Assembly (NCBI GenBank): GCA_039803205.1
Contig: JBDRYB010000001.1
Location: forward strand, 235,413-299,412
DNA from: a candidate division WOR-3 bacterium
Lineage (GTDB): Bacteria > Hydrothermota > Hydrothermia > JBDRYB01
Direction: 5' to 3'
DNA: 64,000 nucleotides
Part shown: piece after piece, positions 58,058 through 64,000 of the stretch
How the letters are laid out: each line of letters begins with the position of its first letter
How positions within the stretch are numbered: the first letter of the stretch is position 1
Program-made: the position numbers and the translations under genes
The notes under the pieces: generated by a model
What the model saw: only the letters and a program-made list of their open reading frames with translations
Database searches by the model: none
What the model was told of the DNA's origin: nothing

Positions 58058-58866
58058 CCGCGATAGCCCTTTTTTCAGCCGTGAGGATCATCACTCTCAG
58101 CTACGGGCTTGACCTTCGCCCTGATGCCCTAGCTGAGGAAGGGGATAGGAGATTCTGGCTCTCAGAACAGAGTCCGCATGATAACGATTCGCTTTTCGGA
58201 AGGCTTTCAAAGAGGGACAGGGAGAGATTGCTCAATCACATCAGGTTTCCCGGCGACCGGGAGGCGCTCTTCGGAAAAGAGGCTCTAGTCGGGCTCGCCA
58301 TTGCTGATCACGAGCTCACCAACTGGTCAGGCCTGAAAAGCCTCAGGGAAAACCTTCCCCCAGGAGCCGAAGCCATCCTCTCAGCGCCCCAGAAGGACCA
58401 AGAGGCCGAAAACGCGAGAAAGGCCTGCCTCGTGTGGGCGTATTCCGCGGCCTTGGCGGACTACCTCGCAAAGAGGCTCCCGGAGGCCAAAATGGGGGAT
58501 GAGGCCGCGAGCTTCCTCTCGGATGTCATCCTATCAGGCCCCCTGTCCCTCAAACCGGATGACGCTTTCTCGGTCATAGAAACGATCATCAAGGAATCCC
58601 CGGGGAACAAGCCGCTGAAGTCAGCCCTGAGCGTATACAGGAAGACCTGCTCCCTCAGATTTCAAGCCTCCCTCAGAGACTACTACGCTCTCGTTGAGAA
58701 AACCACCGGAAGGGTTCGGGAGCTTTACCTCAAAGGGGTTGAGGCCTACGCGAACGAGGACTACAGGACAGCGCTTTTCTACTGGAGGGAGGTCCTTAAG
58801 CTTGACCCGGATCACGAGGAGGCAAAGAGGGGCGCTGAGAAAGCGGAGAGGATGCTGGGCAAGTAG
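58054..58866 (+). CDS. Hypothetical protein with C-terminal TPR
   Basis: LYLKGVEAY..EDY..AL..W..VLKLDPDHEEA. Confidence 0.7.
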   Translation: MTAIALFSAVRIITLSYGLDLRPDALAEEGDRRFWLSEQSPHDNDSLFGRLSKRDRERLLNHIRFPGDREALFGKEALVGLAIADHELTNWSGLKSLRENLPPGAEAILSAPQKDQEAENARKACLVWAYSAALADYLAKRLPEAKMGDEAASFLSDVILSGPLSLKPDDAFSVIETIIKESPGNKPLKSALSVYRKTCSLRFQASLRDYYALVEKTTGRVRELYLKGVEAYANEDYRTALFYWREVLKLDPDHEEAKRGAEKAERMLGK

Positions 58867-58888
58867 GCTCTCGTCTCGCCCTTGAAGA

Positions 58889-59533
58889 CTATTCCTCTCT
58901 CTCCTCCAGGGCCTCAGCGAGCTTCAGGCGCCACTGGGTAAGGGCCCTAACCCGAGCGAACGGGGATAGCCTATCTATTATTAGAACGCCGTTGAGGTGA
59001 TCTATCTCGTGGCAGAGCGCCCTCGCGAAGAGGCCCTTTGCCTCTATCTCCACGGGCAAAGTCCTGTCGCGGATCAGGCGCTGAGCCGATACCACAACCC
59101 TCTCCGGCCTGGTCAGATTAACATATAGCCCAGGAAAGGAAAGGCACCCTTCCTCATCGGTTATCTCGCCCTCCTCCTCCGCGATCTCGGGGTTGATAAG
59201 AACGAGGGTTTTCCCATCAGCGAGCAATCCCTCATCCTTCTCCTCAAAACCCTCAAGGTTAAGGACAGCAATGGCCAAGGCCTCCCCCACCTGCTGAGCC
59301 GCCAGCCCAAGTCCATCAGCCTCGGCGAGGATCCTCTCCATGTCCTCCACGAGAGAGAGAAGCGAAGGGTTCAGCTCCGAGACCTTTTTCGCTGGCGTCT
59401 TCAGAATTGGGTCGCCGTAGTATCTGATCCTCCGATGAGGCTTGGTTTCAGGAGAGCGTTTTGTCCCTGCCCCCTTCTCTTCCTTTGGGTCAGAACCTAT
59501 TGCTGTTCGCCGTGAAGCCTTGACACGGCCCAT
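58889..59533 (-). CDS. def: Peptide deformylase
   Basis: GLGLAAQQVG, EGCLS, HEIDHLNG. Confidence 0.93.
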   Translation of the reverse strand: MGRVKASRRTAIGSDPKEEKGAGTKRSPETKPHRRIRYYGDPILKTPAKKVSELNPSLLSLVEDMERILAEADGLGLAAQQVGEALAIAVLNLEGFEEKDEGLLADGKTLVLINPEIAEEEGEITDEEGCLSFPGLYVNLTRPERVVVSAQRLIRDRTLPVEIEAKGLFARALCHEIDHLNGVLIIDRLSPFARVRALTQWRLKLAEALEEREE

Positions 59534-59820
59534 TTCTCTATCCTCAGGGTCGTCCCCTCAGAGACCTTTAGGGTCACCACATCGCCGTCTATCTTCTTTA
59601 TCACGCCTATAAGGCCTCCTGCTGTTGTTATGGTGTCCCCTTCTTTCAAGGAATCAAGCATCTTCTGACGCTTCTTCTTTTCCTTTGACTGCGGGAGTAT
59701 GATGAAGAAGTAGAAGACTGCTAAGAGGATTATGAAGGGCAGTATGAGGGAGAGGAGGCCGCCCGCGCCGCCCCCGGTCGGCTGTTGCTGTTGGGCTAAA
59801 AGGATTTCTGTGAGGTTCAT
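59497..59820 (-). CDS. yajC: Preprotein translocase YajC
   Basis: FYFFIILPQ, LKEGD.ITTAGGLIG. Confidence 0.92.
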   Translation of the reverse strand: MNLTEILLAQQQQPTGGGAGGLLSLILPFIILLAVFYFFIILPQSKEKKKRQKMLDSLKEGDTITTAGGLIGVIKKIDGDVVTLKVSEGTTLRIEKWAVSRLHGEQQ

Positions 59821-61307
59821 CTTTTGTCTCCTGTGTGATGGGCCACGCTGAGCTTCTCAATCTGGGTGAGGCTGGCCCTCAGCGTGGAGAGATAAGACTG
59901 GGTTCCGGTCACCAAGAACCCTATAGCGTAAAGGCCCACGAATGGAAGGAGTATGATCTGCGCGCTAACCATGCAGTATATATATGTCGCGAGCATGTAT
60001 ATCCCAAGAAGCATCTCCACGATAGCCTGGCCCTTGCGCTCAGCGAGCCTGTAGATGCTGGCCGCATTGGTCCCCCATTTTGGCGTCCTGGCGAAAACGC
60101 CCCCGTTCCTGAAAAGCCCGTCTATGGCCGCTCGGGCATTGTTGAGGGAGATGCCCATGGCCACTGACATGAGAAACGGGATGAGCCAAGCCCTCCTAGT
60201 CCAGTCAGGATAGGTGTCACGAAGCGCGTTGAGATACAGGACCGGGAATCCGAAGGCACCGATTATGAAGAACCCCGCTATGGCAAAATACCAGCTGTAT
60301 GCGGAGGATGTGGTCTTTATTATGAGCATGGGAAGGGTCAGGACAGCGAGGGTAAGCATGGCAGGATAAGCGAGGTTCCCCGCGAGATGGAAAAAAGCCT
60401 CTGTCTTGACCTTGAGGGGAAGCCCAGCGGAAAGCACCCTCGGAAGTATCTTGCGCATGGTCTGAACGCCGCCCTTTGTCCATCTCCTCTGCTGGGATTT
60501 GAACGCGTTAACATCCAGAGGCAATTCTGATGGGCAAACCACATCTGGGAGGTAAAGTATTCTGTAGCCGGCCAACTGGGCCCTGTATGAAAGGTCAGCG
60601 TCCTCAGTGATGGTATCCGATTCCCATCCTCCTGCTTTCCTTATGGCTTCAGCCCTCCAAACGCCCCCTGTTCCGTTGAATATCATGAAAAGTCCCTCCC
60701 TGCTCCTCACGAACTGCTCAACAACGAAGTGGCCATCCAGGATGACGGCCTGGAGCATGGCAAAGGGAGAGGAGGTGTCGTTTATGTAGCCCCAGCGGGT
60801 CTGAACAGCGCCTATCTCTGGGTCCTGAAAGTGCGGGATGGTCTTCTTGAGAAACTCTTTTGGCGGTATGAAGTCAGCGTCAAATACCGCGAAAAACTCA
60901 GCGTTCGAGAGGGAAAACCCGTGTCTCAAGGCACCAGCCTTGTATCCCTCCCTCGATCCCCTCCGGATGTGCTTTATGTTTATGCCCTCTGCCGCCAGCT
61001 CCGAGACAACGCTAGCAACGAGTTCAGAGGTCTCATCGTCCGAATCGTCAAGAACCTGTATCTCCAACCTATCGGCTGGGTAATCAAGAGCGGCCGCGGC
61101 CCTGATAACCCGCTCGGCCACCGAATACTCGTTATACATGGGCAATTGAACGCAAACAAGAGGCCACTCTCCCAGCTGGGGAGGGGTCTTCGTGCGCCAG
61201 GTGCCCCTGTGCTTCCTGTAGAGATAATAGAGCCAGAAGGCTCTCAGTGAAAACGCCAACAGAAAGCTCAGAACAACTATGTAGACAAACAGGACAACCT
61301 CGCTCAC
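59817..61307 (-). CDS. GT2 processive glycosyltransferase (cellulose synthase-like)
   Basis: QLPMYNE, LDDS, YKAGAL, FDADF, TED, QQRRW. Confidence 0.9.
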   Translation of the reverse strand: MSEVVLFVYIVVLSFLLAFSLRAFWLYYLYRKHRGTWRTKTPPQLGEWPLVCVQLPMYNEYSVAERVIRAAAALDYPADRLEIQVLDDSDDETSELVASVVSELAAEGINIKHIRRGSREGYKAGALRHGFSLSNAEFFAVFDADFIPPKEFLKKTIPHFQDPEIGAVQTRWGYINDTSSPFAMLQAVILDGHFVVEQFVRSREGLFMIFNGTGGVWRAEAIRKAGGWESDTITEDADLSYRAQLAGYRILYLPDVVCPSELPLDVNAFKSQQRRWTKGGVQTMRKILPRVLSAGLPLKVKTEAFFHLAGNLAYPAMLTLAVLTLPMLIIKTTSSAYSWYFAIAGFFIIGAFGFPVLYLNALRDTYPDWTRRAWLIPFLMSVAMGISLNNARAAIDGLFRNGGVFARTPKWGTNAASIYRLAERKGQAIVEMLLGIYMLATYIYCMVSAQIILLPFVGLYAIGFLVTGTQSYLSTLRASLTQIEKLSVAHHTGDKR

Positions 61308-61376
61308 GACGCGTTCCTTCTAGCTCAGAGCCAAATTATAAGGCTCAGGCATGGCCTTGTGCCACATGATCTCGGT

Positions 61377-62690
61377 CTACCTCGCCGCCTCCTTTGTCGG
61401 TGCTGGCATGGTGAAAAGCGAGAGGCTCAGCGAGCCGGAGTGAGGCGCTGGATAGACCCCATCAGTTATGATTATCTCCTCAACGGTCCCAACCCCAAAG
61501 AAAGGAGCGGCCAGATGTTTCCGAAGGAGCTCGTTCTCCTTCGCGTATCCCTCGGCCAGAAGCCCTATCCTGATCACGCTCTCGTTGACCATAGCCCCCA
61601 TCACCTTCGCTCCCCTGGTTCTTATCAGGGCCTCCTTTACCCCACGGTCAACGGATTCCAGCATTTCCTCCTCAGAGGCCTCCATGAACCAAACCGTTGA
61701 GCCCTCCTCAACTATGGCGTTTGTTCTCAGGCCGCCCTTCTCAAGGGAAAGGGGAAGGAAGGCTCGGAACTTCCCAGGGAACTCAGGGTGAGCGATGGCG
61801 AGCTGATACCGGGGCAGAACCTCATCCGCGTATGTTGGGTTTGAGAGCTCGGAGACATTTATCCCCCTCTTTCCAAGGACCTCTCTGAGAGCCCAATCAA
61901 CGGGTTGATCGTCCAGCTCCTTTATCAAGTTGCCCTTGGCTAGGGTCACCTTGAGGGGGCATATCGGGTGGAAGCCGTGGCCCATGCCCATGGACAGAGG
62001 GGTCTTTGAGAATACCGCTATCGCTATAAGGTGATCCGAATAAGTATCGCCCTCCCAGAAGACCGAGACAAACCCCGGCTCATTGACCTTGCCCAGGATA
62101 CCAGCGGATATGACCTCAAATGTGTCAGATAGCCTAGAGAGCTCTGAGAAGAGTGCCTCGCCAACGAGAGGATATGAATTTGGGGCTATGATGTAGAGGC
62201 CAGCGTGCTCGTATCCATCAGCCCTGGCCTGAGCCTCGGCCTCGGATATCTTCCCGAGGGCCCCTGAAAGGGCCTTATCGGTTGACGAGACAAAACCTCC
62301 CCCGATGCCGAGCGCGAACCTGTTCTCCTCAAAAGAGAATGCCGCGACAAGAACCCCGCGCCCAGCAACCACATCCTCGTTGAAAAGACCTCCGGGGGCC
62401 TCCGCACCCACTATGGGCGCTGGCATGACCTGGGCAACGCCTGAAAGCACGGTCTTATAATCGTATGCCCCTCCGATAAAACACAGGATGAGGCTTGGAT
62501 TTTTCCCGCCTATCTTTTCCTGGGCCTCTCGCGCGGCCTCAACGCCAGCGAGAAAGGGCTTTTCCGCGGCTGAATAGCCTGTCCCGAGCCACCTCTCAAG
62601 TCCGGCCTCGGTCTCCGCCTTAATCCTGCGCTCCCTTGCCTCAGCAGGGCCTCTTTCTAGCTTCTTCCAAAAACTGTCACTGAGAAAAAT
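61377..62690 (-). CDS. FIST-domain protein, probable ATT start
   Basis: FIST-like N-terminus (GTGYS...AGVEAAREA...PSLILCF) lies upstream of the first GTG (62450); AAAGGAGGTGA precedes the ATT at 62690; HGFHPI..KVT...GN.I.ELD. Confidence 0.7.
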   Translation of the reverse strand: MFLSDSFWKKLERGPAEARERRIKAETEAGLERWLGTGYSAAEKPFLAGVEAAREAQEKIGGKNPSLILCFIGGAYDYKTVLSGVAQVMPAPIVGAEAPGGLFNEDVVAGRGVLVAAFSFEENRFALGIGGGFVSSTDKALSGALGKISEAEAQARADGYEHAGLYIIAPNSYPLVGEALFSELSRLSDTFEVISAGILGKVNEPGFVSVFWEGDTYSDHLIAIAVFSKTPLSMGMGHGFHPICPLKVTLAKGNLIKELDDQPVDWALREVLGKRGINVSELSNPTYADEVLPRYQLAIAHPEFPGKFRAFLPLSLEKGGLRTNAIVEEGSTVWFMEASEEEMLESVDRGVKEALIRTRGAKVMGAMVNESVIRIGLLAEGYAKENELLRKHLAAPFFGVGTVEEIIITDGVYPAPHSGSLSLSLFTMPAPTKEAAR

Positions 62691-62786
62691 GATCTCACCT
62701 CCTTTCGGGCCTCAAATGATAAACCTTTCGTGGGGCCCCGCGCAAATAGAACCTCTTTCTGGCATCGGCCGATCAGCATTAGAAAC

Positions 62787-63446
62787 TCATACGAGCGGCG
62801 GATAACCCGGAAGGTCATGGAGAGGGCAATCCTCACAAAGGGGCCCCCTTCTCCTGCACCTGGTTTTTCCGAGGCGAACAAATAGCGCGTGAAACTCGTT
62901 GAAGATCTGCGGTTCGCGGGGCAGGTTGTCGTGAAATAGGGACTGGACCGCTTCATAATCAGCATCCGGCCCAACTATATCGTGCCTGGCGAGAACCCTC
63001 ATAGTGTAGGCATCCACAACGAAAACGGGCCGGCCCAGGGCATATAACAGTATGCTGTCCGCGGTCTCAGGCCCTATTCCGCGAACCGAAAGCAAGGACT
63101 CCCTGAGAGCACTGGTTTCCACTTGCTCCATTCCCTCAAATCCGCCTATCTCCTTGAACCAAATGAGGAAATCCCTTATTTTTCGTGCCTTCTGATTGAA
63201 ATAGCCGGCTGGCCTCACCAGGGCGGCCAGGTCCTCGTGATCCATTTCAAGAAGCGAATCCGGGTCAAAAACACCTCTTTTTTTCAGGTTTTCTATCGCC
63301 CTTTCAACATTCGCCCAGGAGGTATTCTGGGTGAGTATCGCGCCTATGCATACCTCAAACGGCGTATCGCCCGGCCACCAATGCTGGGGACCATACGCGG
63401 AGAAAAGCCTCTGGAAGATCTGGGTCAAAACCTCACTCGTGCTCAT
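62787..63446 (-). CDS. Endonuclease III-related HhH-GPD protein
   Basis: WWP, GAILTQNTSW.NV, GIGPETADSILLYA, FVVDAYT. Confidence 0.88.
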   Translation of the reverse strand: MSTSEVLTQIFQRLFSAYGPQHWWPGDTPFEVCIGAILTQNTSWANVERAIENLKKRGVFDPDSLLEMDHEDLAALVRPAGYFNQKARKIRDFLIWFKEIGGFEGMEQVETSALRESLLSVRGIGPETADSILLYALGRPVFVVDAYTMRVLARHDIVGPDADYEAVQSLFHDNLPREPQIFNEFHALFVRLGKTRCRRRGPLCEDCPLHDLPGYPPLV

Positions 63447-64000
63447 GCCCTCTCATCCTTCCGACAACCCAAAGGAGCTTTTCCTTGCTCGTGAGCGCCG
63501 CTACCCAAAGGAAAGCGAGGACCTCCCTCGGAACAACCCTCGCTGACGCCCTCTTCGGCTCAGCGAAGCGTGGCATGAAAGCGAGAACAAAAAGCCTCAT
63601 GATGCCCGTTGCCACGAATAGAGCGGTGAAGTTGTTTATCAGGACGCCGTATCCCTGAAAATGTAGCCCGGCAAGGACTACCGTCAGCCACGACCCCAGA
63701 AGGCTCGTCAGGAAAGCGGCGAGGCCAGTCGCAAATGAATAAATGGCAACAGCGGAATCCCCGGATTCGCCCCTGTTCTCCATGAGGAGATAAAGAGCGG
63801 CAAGGTTGACGCCCGGCCAAAAACCGCCCGATAGGGCCGCGTCAATCCAGATGGGTATGAGGTTTGTTCGGGAGGCAAAGGGCCATAGGAGTGGGGTTAT
63901 CACAACCCCGAGGGAGCAGAACTTGAGAACCGCCCTCGCTCCAACCCTGTCAATGATCCAGCCCCAGAGGAAATGGGAGAAAAACACGCAGACTCCTGCT
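63433..64000 (-). CDS. MFS transporter (5' partial)
   Basis: WG.IIDRVGAR motif A-like loop; multiple TM helices. Confidence 0.75.
   Translation of the reverse strand, partial: AGVCVFFSHFLWGWIIDRVGARAVLKFCSLGVVITPLLWPFASRTNLIPIWIDAALSGGFWPGVNLAALYLLMENRGESGDSAVAIYSFATGLAAFLTSLLGSWLTVVLAGLHFQGYGVLINNFTALFVATGIMRLFVLAFMPRFAEPKRASARVVPREVLAFLWVAALTSKEKLLWVVGRMRGHEHE

Overview
Gene-dense bacterial chromosome segment, genetic code 11. The lineage is inferred only: a diderm (lpxK), FCB-associated organism, possibly WOR-3-like, based on the PorU-type C25 protein, T9SS-style C-terminal domains (CTDs) and AGG/ATA-rich codons. The backbone is housekeeping: asnA, trmB, nusB, rimO, sigma-surE-pcm, gcvT, tyrS, the tRNA-Arg/tRNA-Trp-rpmG-secE-nusG-rplKAJL-rpoBC cluster, lpxK, trpS, ubiX, frameshifted prfB, def and yajC. 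The accessory part (4.1-15.1 kb) is an array of six ~500-aa beta-propeller proteins with T9SS-like CTDs, downstream of a TPR/SARP regulator. Three array genes end in a near-identical DNA module: the last ~17 codons plus a 12-13 bp GC hairpin with an anti-Shine-Dalgarno loop. In two copies that loop is an exact 11-nt complement of the RBS of the first array gene, making this the best candidate for an undescribed RNA control or cassette system. Other notable points: ultra-short uncharged signal peptides, repeated leaderless-type promoters, a FIST gene that appears to start at ATT, two internally deleted pseudogenes (tnaA and a propeller paralog), a DUF2520-Trm112 fusion, and inserts in TrpRS and RpoB. 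No transposase, integrase, reverse transcriptase, CRISPR array or rRNA was seen.
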